DNA from: Leucoraja erinacea
Taxonomy: Eukaryota
Direction: 5' to 3'
NCBI RefSeq assembly: GCF_028641065.1
Contig: NW_026575913.1
Coordinates: 62,001-126,000 of the forward strand
Length of the DNA: 64,000 bases
A program made the translations under genes and the position numbers. Positions 37,511 through 50,245 of this stretch are shown piece after piece. Position 1 is the first letter of the stretch. Every line of letters begins with the position of its first letter. The notes under the pieces were generated by a model. The model searched no databases and had not been told where the DNA came from. It saw only the letters and a list, made by a program, of their open reading frames with translations.

Positions 37511-39304
37511 CCTTAATATGCATCATGTTCAGCACAAACATTGGTGGCTCAGCATAATATTGTCACTGGAAGTACTCCATGCCTCACCATCAGAGCCCAT
37601 TCAAATTCCTCCCAATCAGTCGGACAGACACCAGTTAGGCAGCACCTGCCTGCAAATGATTCATGTCCCTCCAGCCCCTGCATCCACAAAGCTGTACCCC
37701 AAACGCCACCATCCCTGGCAGTCCATTCCAGGCACACACCACACAGTGTGTAATAAAAACTGCAGCTACTACCCTGCACAGAAAATTATCCTACTTAACT
37801 AAATGCCTAATGTGGCATTTAACATATAGGCATTTAATATAGGCATTTAACATATAGGCATTTAGGATAATTGAGTCAATTGGGAGGTGTGATTACAAAT
37901 CTTGTACAATATCATACACAAAGTAAAATGGGGCAAAGTCAAAATGGCCAGGCACAAAGAACGGAATAATCAGGAACATCAATAACATGAAATGTCCTCC
38001 TCACAGCACAACCTTCTCTGGCCGTCAAGGTACTGGATACAAAAGTTGTGATGTTCTGCTACAGTTGTACAAGATGTTGGTGAGGCCACATTTGGAGTAT
38101 TGTGTTAAGTTTTGGTCACTCCACTATGGGAAGGATGTCATTAACAGGGCCTGCGATTCAGGGAGAGGATGATAATGCCTGGACTTTATTCCTTGGCATC
38201 CAAGAGGCTGAGGGGTGATCTTATAGAGGTTTATAAAATCAAGGAGCATAGATAGATTGAATGCACAGAATCTTTTAACCAGCCGTGTAATCAATATCCA
38301 GAGGACTTAGGTTTAAGGTGAAGGGAAATGAGTTACTCAAAACCAGAGGAAGTGGAAATATGGAACAACATTTGAGGGGAAGTAGTTGAGGCAGGGACTT
38401 AAAAATATTTAGAACACACTTGGCCAGGTACATACGGTAGATAGAAAAGGTTCAGGGAGATATGGGTCAATTGCAGGTAAAGGGGTCTAGTTTAAACTTG
38501 GCATCTTGGTTGGCATGGCCAAGTTGAGGCAAAGGACTTGTTTCCACGCCGTATGACTCTGGCTCCGTGGGCTTGTAAAGCCAATTATTTCCCGTTTCAC
38601 TGCTAAATGTTAGTTAATCACCCTCACTAATAGTGACCACAATGGCAGACCTCTATAACCATGGCTGGTTTACAGTGATAATAAGCTCAAACCTTTGCCT
38701 CTATTCAAATGTGCATGTTGTTGGTGTTCAATGACTAAATTGGTGCTGCATTCTTCGTTTTGGCAAAGTGAGAAATGGCTTGGTTCTGATCAGCGTGCTG
38801 GAGCTGCTAGACATCTTGATACCATGAAAGCAGCACCTCAGTTTCAGGAAATATACTTGCTGAGTGGTGTCTCAGACCTGCAGTGGCTGGGAACATTGTA
38901 TTTTGAAGAGGAAATATTACACAACCAAGGCCAAGTGCTCGAGAAAGCTGCATGTCTGTTATTTCAATGAAAACTCTGCTCTTCAGCCATCTTGTCATTT
39001 TGATCACCCAGTTTTGTTTATAATATTGTATCACATTTGCAATCAATTCTCACAATTTATGACATTTACAGCTGGCTTGAAGATGCATCAGGCAATACCT
39101 TCTGACTTCCAATTTAGTTTATTTAATAGAAAGATAGAAACATAAAAAATAGGTGCAGGAATAGGCTATTCGGCCCTTCGAGCCAGCACCGCCATTCAAC
39201 ACAATCATGGCTGATCGTCCAAAATCAGTACTCCATTCCGGCTTTTTCCCCATATCCCTTGATTCCCTTAGCCCTAAGAGCTAAATCTAACTCTCTCTTG
39301 AAAA

Positions 39305-39590
39305 CAGTGATACAGTGTGTAAACAGGCCATTTGTGCCACCAAATCCATACTAACCAGCGATCGCCTATTCATAATAGATTCCCACCCACTCCATACACT
39401 GCCTGGCTGATTACCTACACACCTGCTCATCTTTGGGATATGGGAGGAAACCGGAGCTCCCTGAGGATGCCAACATAGTCACAAGGAGAACGTGCAAACT
39501 CTACGTAGACAGTACCCGAGGTCCAGATTGAACCTGGGTCTCTGGCGTTGTGAGGCAGCAGTTCTACCAGCTGCACTACCATGCTGCATT
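39305..39590 (-). mobile_element. tRNA-derived SINE (HE1-like)
   Basis: Reverse complement with B-box-like attgaacctgggtc and the SINE core. Confidence 0.7.
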
Positions 39591-40489
39591 ACGTACAAAC
39601 TCTAAATCCTACACTGACTTTCTCTTCCACTTGTTATATTCAACACAATAACTTCTTTACACAAGGGGAAAGTGAACTGCAATTCATCTCCAGAATAATT
39701 CTTACAACAGTGTGATCACAGGCAAGAAACCAGTGATATAGATTACTGAATTTACACTAAATCCCTGATCATCCAGCTATCTTGGGATTTGGGAAATGGT
39801 ACATTTTAAGGACTGCTGCATGTTACTCCAAACATACTTTAATTCAACTCGTTGGGGCATTTGTAGAGCAAGTCAGTGGTTGAGGTGCATCTGTACACTA
39901 CTATCAGGCTTAAGCGGAGATTACCCATTGTAATTTGCCTGGAGAGTCTCGAACCAGATTGTCACCTATCCATGGTCTCCAGGGATGTTGCCTGACCTGC
40001 TGAGCTACTCAAGCACCGTTCCTCACAGTCTTTTCCAATCTTATAATTCAAAAATAGTCAGCATCTTTCTACATCATAAAGAATCATGGAAATATACAAA
40101 CATGGCCTTTGTCCCACTGACTTTGCACCAACCATTCATGTACACTAATCCTACATTTGCCCCACATTCTCATCAGCTATCCCCACATTGTATCATGCAC
40201 AATCTAGGGGACAACTAACCTACCAAATCATGTTTTGGGGATGTGGGAGGAAACCAGAGCACCTGGGGAAACCCACTTGGTCACAGGAACAACATGCATA
40301 CTCTACAGATACAACAGCCAATGTCGGTATTTAATTCTGGTCTCTGTCTCGGTGCTGCCCTGTTTCACATTGTTGTCCACCTGTCACGTTGTTGCTCATT
40401 CATTCGGCTTTCCACCTTGAACAATTACTCCCACTACTCACATTCCCACGTCATTTTGAGTCTTCCAGCAACAGGAGCCACAGAGGCGG

Positions 40490-41028
40490 CTTCTGTGCAC
40501 TGCGGTAGAGTTGCTGCCTTATGCCCCTGTCCCACTTAGCAAACCTGAACGGAAACCTCTGGAGACTTTGCGCCCCACCCAATGTTTCCGTGCGGTTCCA
40601 GGAGGTTTTTGTCAGTCTCCCTTCCTGCTTCCACTACCTGCAACCTCCGGCAATCACCTGCAACCTCCGGGAACCGCACGGAAACCTTGGGTGGGGCGCA
40701 AAGTTTCCAGAGGTTTCCGTTCAGGTTTCCTAAGTCGGACAGGGGCATTACAGTGCTTGCAGCACCGGAGACCTAGGTTCGATCCCGACTACTGATGCTG
40801 TCTGTACAGAGTTTGTACGTTCTCCCCGTGACCGCGTGTGTTTTCTCGAAGATCTAAGGTTTCCTCCCACACTCCAAAGACGTACAGGTATGTAGGTTAA
40901 TTGGCATGGTGTGTGTGTGTGTGTGTGTGTAGGATAGTGTTAATATGCGGGGATCGCTGGTCAGCGCAGACTCGATGGGCCAAAGGGCCTATTTCGTCAC
41001 TGTATCTCTAAATTAAACTAAACAAAAC
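40490..41028 (+). mobile_element. tRNA-derived SINE (HE1-like) interrupted by a MITE
   Basis: Head gcggtagagttgctgcctta|..|cag, B box ggttcgatccc, core, (TG)n and a ctaaattaaactaa tail. Confidence 0.8.
40522..40747. mobile_element. PIF/Harbinger-type MITE, 226 bp, long TIRs, TTA target-site duplication
   Basis: tta|tgcccctgtcccactta ... taagtcggacaggggca|tta. Most of the element is an inverted repeat. Confidence 0.88.
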
Positions 41029-41455
41029 TAGTAAATGTAAAACTGCAACCAATCTGCCTCGTAGCTGACTTTGATTATGAACAGTGCGAGCCCCCAACAG
41101 AGCAGCACAGTGTCACAACTCGGCTTCAATTTTGACCTCGAGTGCCATCTATGTGGAGTTTGCACGTTCTCCGTGTAACCGCATTGGATCGCTCCAGGGG
41201 CTCCGGCTTCCTCATACATCCCAAGACGTGTCAGTTGATAGTTTAATTGGCCATTGTAAATTGCCCCTCGTGGGTGTGTGACTGGATGAGAAGGTGCAAT
41301 GAGATAGAATTCATGAAAGCAGGTGGTTGGTGGTTGGCATGGACTCGGTGGGCCGAATGGACTGCTTGCATGCTGTACTTTTCAATGATATCTCTAGGAT
41401 TTGGTGCAGTGAATCCATAATGTCTACCTATTTATTTTACACTGAATTCACAATT

Positions 41456-41463
41456 TCAAATAT
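41456..41463 (-). CDS. Candidate terminal coding exon of the MHC class I-like gene (adds D-I-stop)
   Basis: Pyrimidine-rich acceptor tttttgctgttgctaaatgtttctgatattcag|AT ATT TGA, with AATAAA 20 bp downstream (41431-41436). Other downstream acceptors cannot be excluded. Confidence 0.35.
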
Positions 41464-41625
41464 CTGAATATCAGAAACATTTAGCAACAGCAAAAAGGCT
41501 AGTTGACAGTGGTGACAATTGTGGCATTTCATGTGTAGCTGCTGCCTTATCCTACTTGAGATTGATCATTTCTTCAATTCCAATACCTTTACTAGCAACA
41601 GTTTGTCACAATGTTTCCATCTTAC

Positions 41626-41733
41626 CTCTCCTGTTTTTTCTCCACCAAACAATTACTGCCAAGCCAATAGCCAGCGATATCAGCACACACACGGCAATAA
41701 GGCCAATGTGCCTGTCTTTCTTCCCATTTCCTT
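41626..41733 (-). CDS. MHC class I-like gene: connecting peptide/transmembrane exon (EGNGKKDRHIGLIAVCVLISLAIGLAVIVWWRKNRR)
   Basis: Acceptor ttttcag at 41734 and donor G|gtaaga at 41625; 108 nt, phase 1-1. About 22 hydrophobic residues are followed by a basic stop-transfer stretch. It joins alpha3 in frame (IIW-E-GNG). Confidence 0.8.
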
Positions 41734-43077
41734 CTGAAAAATAAGAATGCATAATTTTACAAATCAATTGTTAAGCTGTGCAGCTAAATAGATTGGCACT
41801 GTCTGAAGACTTCAGGGTGAAGAAGGGTCTCGACCCAAAATGCCACCTATTCCTTTTCTCCAGAGATGCTACCTGACCAATGAGTTACTCCAGCATTTTG
41901 TGTCTATCTTTGGCGCATTTCAAGGTATATAAAATGATATGGTGTTTTGAATGACAGAGTTCTGCAGCATAGCAAAGGGACAATATATGTTCTGTACAAC
42001 TCTATGATCTATGGCACCATCACAGCCACATCTTAATTCAAGAAAGAAGGCGAATTGAAAGCAGATAGATACTGGCTTTAGCCCTATATAATCTAACATC
42101 TGTTTTGGGGAAAATGCTGGATTTCTTTCAATAATGGCAGAACATTTAAGTAATAACAAAACAATAAAGTGCATTAACAGGAAAATTGTAGAACAAGATG
42201 CAGGTACTGATTTACACAAAAGGTTTAGTTTAGTTTATTGTCACGTGTACTGAGGTACAGTGAAACGCTTTTGTTACGTGCCAACCAGTCAGTAGAAAGA
42301 CAATACATGATAGATACAAAATGCTGGAATAATTCAGCGGCACAGGCAGCATCTCTGGCGAACATGGACTCAGTCAGAAGGAGCGTGACCCGAAACATCA
42401 CGTATTCCTTTTCTCCAGAGATGCTGCCTGACCAGCTGAGTTATTCCAGAAATTTGTGTCCATCTTCGGTGTAAACCAGCATTTGCAGTTTCTTTTTACA
42501 TATGGACAGGTTACGTTTCGTTTTGGGGCCCTTCTTCAAACTTTGTTTATGAAATTGATTATGAACTTTATGCAACAGGAACCTGTAGACAATGTATATT
42601 CAAGCAGCAGTAGTTTGCAGGTGTGCACAGCCTAAAATTCAAAAACAAAATGATGGAAAAGCAGAATAGATAACAAAATTGGAATGAGAAACAACAGAAA
42701 TACAATATATTGTAGAGATCCAAACGTCATGAACAAATCAATTTTTTTTAAAGAAATATAGTTTTGGCACACGCGTGTTTAGTAAGGACTTGAGCAAAGT
42801 TCCTGCCGTTGTAATCGGGCACACCAGTTGACTGACGACTGACTCATCACCAACTCCCACCAAAACCCTGTCATGTGATAGTCCCAGCTCCCCTGACGAG
42901 GATTCTACCAATAAGTGACCTGACCACCAGATATCGCCACAATATCAGGATTTTCATAAGATATCTGATCAAGTGATGCAAAGGCTTTTGACATTTGGGG
43001 TAATAATTAGCATGAAAGGAAAAAACAATTCAGAGCAAGCAGAGAGTTGTCTTAATGTTGGCCTTCATAACAATAGT

Positions 43078-43615
43078 ATTTCAGTATAGGAGTAAAGAGG
43101 TTCTTCTGCAGTTGTATAGTGCTCTGGTGAGACCACATCTGGAGTAGTGTGTGCAGTTTTGGTCTCCTAATTTGAGGAAGGACATCCTTGCGATTGAAGC
43201 AGTGCAGCGTAGGTTCACGAGATTGATCCCTGGAATGGCAGGACTGTCATATGAGGAAAGATTAAAAAGACTATGCTTGTATTCACTGGAGTTTAGAAGG
43301 ATGAGGGGGATCTTATAGAAACATATAAAATTATAAAAAGGACTGGACAAGCTAGATGCAGGAAAAATGTTCCCAATGTTGGGCGAATCCAGAACCAGGG
43401 GTCACAGTCTTGGAATAAAGGGGAGGTCATTTAAGACTGAGGTGAGAAAAAACTTTTTCACCCAGAGAGTTGTGAATTTGTGGAATTCCCTGCCACAGAG
43501 GGCAGTGGAGGCCAAGTCACTGGATGGTTTTAAGAGTGAGTTAGATAGAGCTCTAGGGGCTAGTGGAGTCAAGGGATATGGGGAGAAGGCAGGCACGGGT
43601 TATTGATAGCCATGA
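43078..43615 (+). mobile_element. CR1 3' fragment (CTATGTTT family)
   Basis: RPHLE.CVQFWSP and FFTQRVVNLWNSLP, followed by the 3' UTR. Confidence 0.85.
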
Positions 43616-43694
43616 TCACTATGAATGAGAAACAAAAGAAATACAATATATTGTAGAGACCCAAACGTCATGAACAATCATGAACAAATCATAT

Positions 43695-43930
43695 ATTTAA
43701 GAGGGAGTTAGATGTGGCCCTTGCGGCTAAAGGGATCAGGGGATATGGAGAGAAGGCAGGTACGGGATACTGAGTTGGTTGATCAGCCATGATCATATTG
43801 AATGGCGGTGCAGGCTCAAAGGGCCGAATGGCCTACTCCTGCACCTATTTTCTATGTATCTATGAATGGTGGTGCTGGCTCGAAGGGCCGAATGGCCTCC
43901 TCCTCAACCTATTTTCTATGTCTCTATATT
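43695..43930 (+). mobile_element. CR1 3' UTR fragment with duplicated end
   Basis: gagagaaggcaggtacggg...gggccgaatggcctactcctgcacctattttctatg, with the final segment repeated. Confidence 0.75.
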
Positions 43931-45861
43931 TCTAAAAGAGTGTTCAGGTTGGGAAACTGTAACTGCAGGTTGGGAATCAATGCAACTACTTATTGTTGGT
44001 ATTAAGAGCAGATGAAGGGACAGATGGCGCTGTAGCCTAGATTGCTCATAATACATAGATAGGTTGGAAATTAAGTTCTGGAGTATGTCAACAGTCTTCA
44101 GAGTGAAACATCAGATTCCTTAGTTGTGCATTGTTCGAGGGGATCTTCAAAAGTGAGCATTTGTGTAGGTTAGTGCAGCATACCTGGAATCAAACTAGTA
44201 CAGTCGCTGTTTGTCAGGCAGTTATATTTTTCGTTGCAGAAACTGTAACTTGCGTCACAGAACTTACTTTCTTAGGTTTTGTTTTATTAATGCCAGATGT
44301 TTCAAGATACAGTGTAAAGGTTTGTTTTAAATGCTGTCCAAACTAATTAGATAATACTATACATTAATACAAACTCAAAAACAATAGAGCAAAGAGGAGG
44401 ATACAGAGTACAGAATATAGTTCTCAACATTGTAACATATCAGTCCCATAGACAATGTTTGATGTGCAATGAGGTTGAGGTGAATTAAACTAAATTTTAC
44501 TTCGGAGTCACGTGAGTGACTACGTGAAGAACCCCGCCAGGACGCATGCGTGTCATATCGCTACACGTATTGCAACGAGTCACAGCAGGGGGAACGACGT
44601 TCCCTTAGCGGCAAAATTTGAAAACCGGGAACAGCAGGTGAGAAGACTCTGCGTTCCTTCCACTTACCTTTCAGGTGGAGACATGGACCAGATCCACGAC
44701 GGCTGCGGAAAAGCTGGCGGGGGAGAATCATGGAGTTGCGGGCAGCCAGCGGCAGCAGCCAAAGGCACGCCAATCTCCCGTAATGGGAACAGCTGTGCCC
44801 GACTTTGCTCCCAACTTCACTCCCACACCGGCCAAGCCGGGCGGGAGAGCGAAGCAAAAACTAACAGGGTCGTTGACTCCGAGGAGTCCGACTCTGAATA
44901 GCCGCGAGCGGCCAGTGCCCGTGAGCATTGGAACAGTTGGAGCGGCTGCAGGAACTGGAGCAGGAGCAGCCTCAGGAGTAGCGGCTTCAGGAGCAGCACC
45001 GACAGCCAGTGACCATGTGCATTGGAGCCGGTTGGGTGCCCAAGAGCATCGGAGCCAGCTGGAGCAGCTGTGGGAGCAGGTAAGTGGCAGGCTCCAGGAG
45101 ATGGAGACTAGTCACAGGGGGCAGCTAGTAAGTCCTACAGCAGTACCTCTTGTAGGGCTGCACAGTGTCTCCCTCATCAGAGGGGAGTATAGGGGGTGAA
45201 TTCTGGGCTGAACCTGAACAGGGGTGCAGAACATACCCCTAGTGCACATGGGGTGCAGAAAACCTATTGGAAGACACTTACCATCAGGGAACTGCAAAAC
45301 ACTGAATGTTCCCAGTATAAACCAGTGTATTTGAAAACATGGCAGGGCAGGTACTTGAAATGAAAGAAAGTTCCAAAAGTCCTAACAGCGGGTATTACGG
45401 GTTTCGCCCGCACAATAAACAAAAAAGACATGACACTGGATCACGAGGATGCACTGGCCTTATTTTGCAAATTACCAATACGGGTAAACAGCATTAGGAA
45501 GAAGTACCATCCAACCGGCTTTAGACCCTAATTTGCAGGCCTATGCAAACCTGGAACCTCCATACCACCAATATTAAAATTTGGAGGCAACTTATCTAAA
45601 CAGGTAAAGAACTTGACATAGAGGGAAACCCTGGGGCTCATTAAAGCAACGTCTAAAAACTACTTCCTGGGGAATGCGCTAACCCTCAACACAGACCCAA
45701 CTACAGAAACCTACTTATAGTAACCATGGAGGAAGAAGTATAGGGTTATACCATAGAATTATTCAAAACATAACCTTCCAGTTCAGCATGTACCGAACTG
45801 AATGTTCATGCTTACAGGCAAAGAAATAATCAAAAGCGTTTACTGAACTACAGTGCCCAAA

Positions 45862-46295
45862 TATAACCATATAATAACCATATAACAATTACAGCACGGA
45901 AACAGGCCATCTCGACGCTTCTAGTCCGTGCCGAACACATAATCTCCCCTAGTCCCATATACCTGCGCTCAGACCATAACCCTCCATTCCCTTCCCATCC
46001 ATATAACTATCCAATTTATTTTTAAATGATAAAAACGAACCTGCCTCCACCACCTTCACTGGAAGCTCATTCCACACAGCTACCACTCTCTGAGTAAAGA
46101 AGTTCCCCCTCATGTTACCCCTAAACTTCAGTCCCTTAATTCTCATGTCATGTCCCCTTGTTTGCATCTTCCCTACTCTCAGTGGGAAAAGCTTTTCCAC
46201 GTCAACTCTGTCTATCCCTCTCATCATTTTAAAAACCTCTATCAAGTCCCCCCTTAACCTTCTGCGCTCCAAAGAATAAAGCCCTAACTTGTTCG
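45862..46295 (-). mobile_element. CR1 3' fragment nested in the DIRS RT region
   Basis: ORF 45949-46272 and an (aaccatat)n tail; nearly identical to the 3' end at ~20011-20440. Confidence 0.92.
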
Positions 46296-48556
46296 AATAA
46301 AAGGACTAATGCAGGACATCCAACACGAATCACAGGATTTGTGTCCAAAATCTTTATCATAAAATAGATGGTGGTTGCCACATCATCATAGAGTTGACTA
46401 ATTTGAATACTTTCGTACTTTATATTCATTACTAGATGGGAACCTTTGTTACTGCAAAGGTATTGATCCTAGGTTACTACATGGCAAGCATCGTATTAAA
46501 AAATGCTTACTATACAGTACCCATTAGAGGTGACCACAGATGTATTTAACACAATGGATCATCTGCGGTTTCACTCTTAACTCAGCTCACATGTCAGTGA
46601 CTTTGCCGTAAGAAAAGGTTACAGCCTTAATGAAGGCTTGCAGTAAACTAAACCATCCATCAGACTGGTAGTAGAATGATTGGCATTATAGTGGCTGTGT
46701 TCCAGCCACATAAATCGGACCTTTACATTATCAAATTACTGAGCGCAAACATGCGTGCACTCAAAAATTATGGGGGTCATTCTGACAGACCAAAGAAGCT
46801 ACCAACAGAGGCCACCATGGTACTAAAATGGTGGAAACATAACATTAGGCATTGTTCCAATCCAAACATTAACAGCTACCCGTCTATGGAACTACATACT
46901 GATGGGCACTTGGATGGGATGCTACCAATTCCATCTCCAGCTGTGGGGAAGATGGAATGCACAGGAGGCATCATCACAAAAGTTGGGCATAACTCCCTGG
47001 GAAAGTTGAGTGCATTCCATGGCTTTAAGTCATATTGTTCTGGGTTATATCACCAGTATGTTAGACTACTAATTGACTACACCACCGTGGTAGCATATGT
47101 CAACCATATGGGTGGAAACATATCGACATCATGTGACTATCAGGTCAACACAATTTGGCAATAATATATCCAGAAAGATATTTGGATATCAGCTACCAAA
47201 TTACCAGGTAAACTGAATTTAGTGGCAGACAACAGGTCACGCTAAGTCTATGAAAACACTGTATGGATGTTGGGGAAAGTATTGCTGGAATTACAGCATG
47301 GTATGGAACACCAGATAACGACCTATTCACATCCATGCTCACACCAGTTATCAAATTAGGTTCTTGGGAACCAGAACCTGGGGCAGTGGCTACTGATGCA
47401 TTTTCGCTGAATTGGGGGATTATTTATGCATTCCCTCCTTTTTGCCTCATCAGTCGGGTATTTAGGAATAAACAGTAGACTGGTATTTTGATAGTACCCG
47501 ATTGACCTACTCAACCATGGGTCCCGGTGATATCGACATGGTTTTAGAACCATGCATCACCATCCATCATAGACCTAATTTACTGGTTCTTCCCACAACA
47601 AGGGGAGTTACCCATATCACAATTATATAAACATATTAATTTATAGAGTTGAAAGCACCTCTACTACACCTGGGACTGACGGACCAAACAGTGGGATTTC
47701 AACGGGCCACAGACAGTCCACCAAAACAAACAATACTTGGTGTCATCAAGAAATGGGAAGTACTGTCACAACAATAAACATCACCCACAGATCTATGAAC
47801 ATCCCGTCTCTTCTGGAATTCCTGGCAAGCCTCCATTACGATGAGAGGCTCAGTCATAGTGCCATCAACTGCGCCAGAAGTGCTCTGTCAACATACCCGT
47901 GGCAAGGAACAGAGCGGCATTCTGTTGGGACACACCCTGGTAACCAAACACATGAGGGGCATTTTAATATTAATCCCCCAAGAACCAGGTACTCCCAAAT
48001 ATGGGATGTGAGCATTGTACTGACCATGTTAAGAAACTGGTCTCCAGCTACAGCTCTGTCCCTACAGAAAATGACTATGAAAGCAGTCATGCTGATGGCC
48101 TTGGCCACGGCACAAAGGGTCCGGTCACTACAGAAACAAAGGTTGGACAACATGATTATTTCATCTGGAAATTTAACTTTTCACATTAATGAAATAGTCA
48201 AACAGAACAGACAGGGGTCAGCAGGCCTAAAATCAGAATTCAGGTCCTACCCGACAGATGGTCGTCTCTGTATTGTAACACACTTGCTATTATATATGGA
48301 ATATACTAAGATCATCAGAGGGAAGAAATGTCACTTTAATCAGCTACAAACAGCCACTCAAAACAGTGACAATCCAGACCATCTCTAGATGGCTAAAACA
48401 GGTCCTAATAAAGGCTGGAGTAGACACTAGCATTTTTAAATCTCACTCCACCAGGGCTGCAGCTACATTGGCAGCTATGACGTTGGGCGTTCCTATGGAC
48501 CAAATCCACAAGACAGCAGGATGGTCAACGGAGGAAACTTTCCAATGACTTGGAAT

Positions 48557-49214
48557 TGGAATCTCATGTAGATAGGGTGGTAAAGAAAGCTTTTGGTGTG
48601 CTGCCCTTTATAAATCAGAGCATTGAGTATAGAAGTTGGGATGTAATGTTAAAATAGTACAAGGCATTGGTGAGGCCAATTTTGGAGTATGGTGTACAAT
48701 TTTGGTCGCCTAGTTATAGGAAGGATGTCAACAAAATAGAGAGTACAGAGGAGATTTACTAGAATGTTGCCTGGGTTTCAGCAACTAAGTTACAGAGAAA
48801 GGTTGAACAAGTTAGGGCTTTATTCTTTGGAGCGCAGAAGGTTAAGGGGGGACTTGATAGAGGTATTTAAAATGATGAGAGGGATAGACAGAGTTGAGTA
48901 GGGAAGATTCAAACAAGGGGACATGACTTGTGAATTAAGGGATAGAAGGTTAGGGGTAACATGAGGGGGAACTTCTTTACTCAGAGAGTGGTGGCTGTGT
49001 GGAATGAGCTTCCAGTGAAAGTGGTGGAGGCAGGTTCGTTTTTATCATTTAAAAATAAATTGGATAGTTATATGGACGGGAAAGGTATGGAGGGTTATGG
49101 TCTGAACGCAGGTGTATGGGACTAGGGGAGAATACATGTTCGGCACAGACTTGAAGGGTCGAGATGGCCTGTTTCCGTGCTGTAAATGTTATATGGTTGT
49201 ATGGTTATATGGTT
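48557..49214 (+). mobile_element. CR1 3' fragment nested at the end of the DIRS recombinase
   Basis: RT C-terminus and atatggtt tail, inserted between ...ETFQ and YNNPVI. Confidence 0.92.
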
Positions 49215-49764
49215 TATAACAATCCAGTCATTGAACCTGGAATATTTGCAGAAACAAATTTAAGTTCTGTAATATAATTTACCCCATAAATAGGGGCAAT
49301 AATTGGTGTTAATATTTTTATCGTTGGGTTTCAATATCGTATTGATGTCTAATGATGTTAACTCTATTCTCCCCATAATCAAGGCAGATGTGATGCTTGG
49401 ACTCGTTTCCACGGCATGAAATCACAGAGCTTTAAAATCTTCACGTAGTCACTCACGTGACTCCGAAGTAAAATAATAAGATTAAATGAGAACTTACCAG
49501 TGTGAAGTTTGATCGTTATTTTATGAGGAGTAAAGTTGAGGGAATACGTGCCCTCCGCTCCCACCCTTGATCATATACTCAACTGGTATCTCTTCTCTAA
49601 TCTTACTATGTTTAGTCATTACAGTTATCTGTGATTTCACACCGCTGCTTTGAAGAATGACATGCATGCGTCCTGGCGGGGTTCTTCACGTATTCCCTCA
49701 ACGTTACTCCTCATAAAAAACGATTAAACTTCAAACTGGTAAGTTCTTGTTTAATCTTACTATT

Positions 49765-50245
49765 AAACCTACATTATGGAAGGACCCTTCCGAAGCCTGA
49801 TAACAGAAGGGTGTCCCCGAGTCTGGCAGTGCGTATTTTCAACTTTCTGTACCTATTGCCTGATGGGAGCAGGAAGGAGGAATGACCAGGGTGGGATAAG
49901 TCTTGTTTTCCAAGGCAACCTGGTGTAGATTGAGTCAATAGTAGGAAGTCTGGGCTGTGTGATGATCCTTAACTCTTCGTTTATTCTTGCAGTCTTGGGC
50001 AGTGCAGTTCCTAAATCAAGATATGATGCAACCCAACAACATGCATTCTCTAGCGGCATCTATAGATGTTTGCAAGAGTCATGATGAATATTCTCAGTCT
50101 CCTGAGGAAGTAGAGGTGTTGGTGTGCCTCCTTGTCTATGTGGTCAGTCCATGACAGTATATTGGATATATTCATGCCAAGGAACACAAATCTCTCAACC
50201 ATTTCCACTTTGGACCATTGATTCGGATTGGGGCATTGGGGCAAT
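49765..50245 (-). mobile_element. Rex1/Babar-like LINE remnant; its 3' tail continues at ~44340-44490 on the other side of the DIRS element
   Basis: FVFLGMNISNILSWTDHI..AHQHLYFLRRLR motif, and the two flanks of the DIRS element read as one continuous repeat. Confidence 0.6.

Larger units (their letters stand above)
44495..49764 (+). mobile_element. DIRS1-type tyrosine-recombinase retrotransposon with complete termini (left ITR, ICR, right ITR); internal ORFs mutated
   Basis: The left end (44495-44555) is complementary to 49438-49473 and 49657-49692. ICR 49438-49550 is also complementary to the right end 49687-49764. Internal remnants: gag-like ORF (44675-45199), RT (MASI.LK.AYY.VPI), RNase H (LKWW..N, TD), MT-like (DAFSLNW..YAFPPF) and YR (ARSALS, AQRV, HSTRAA, AGWS). 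Confidence 0.93.
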
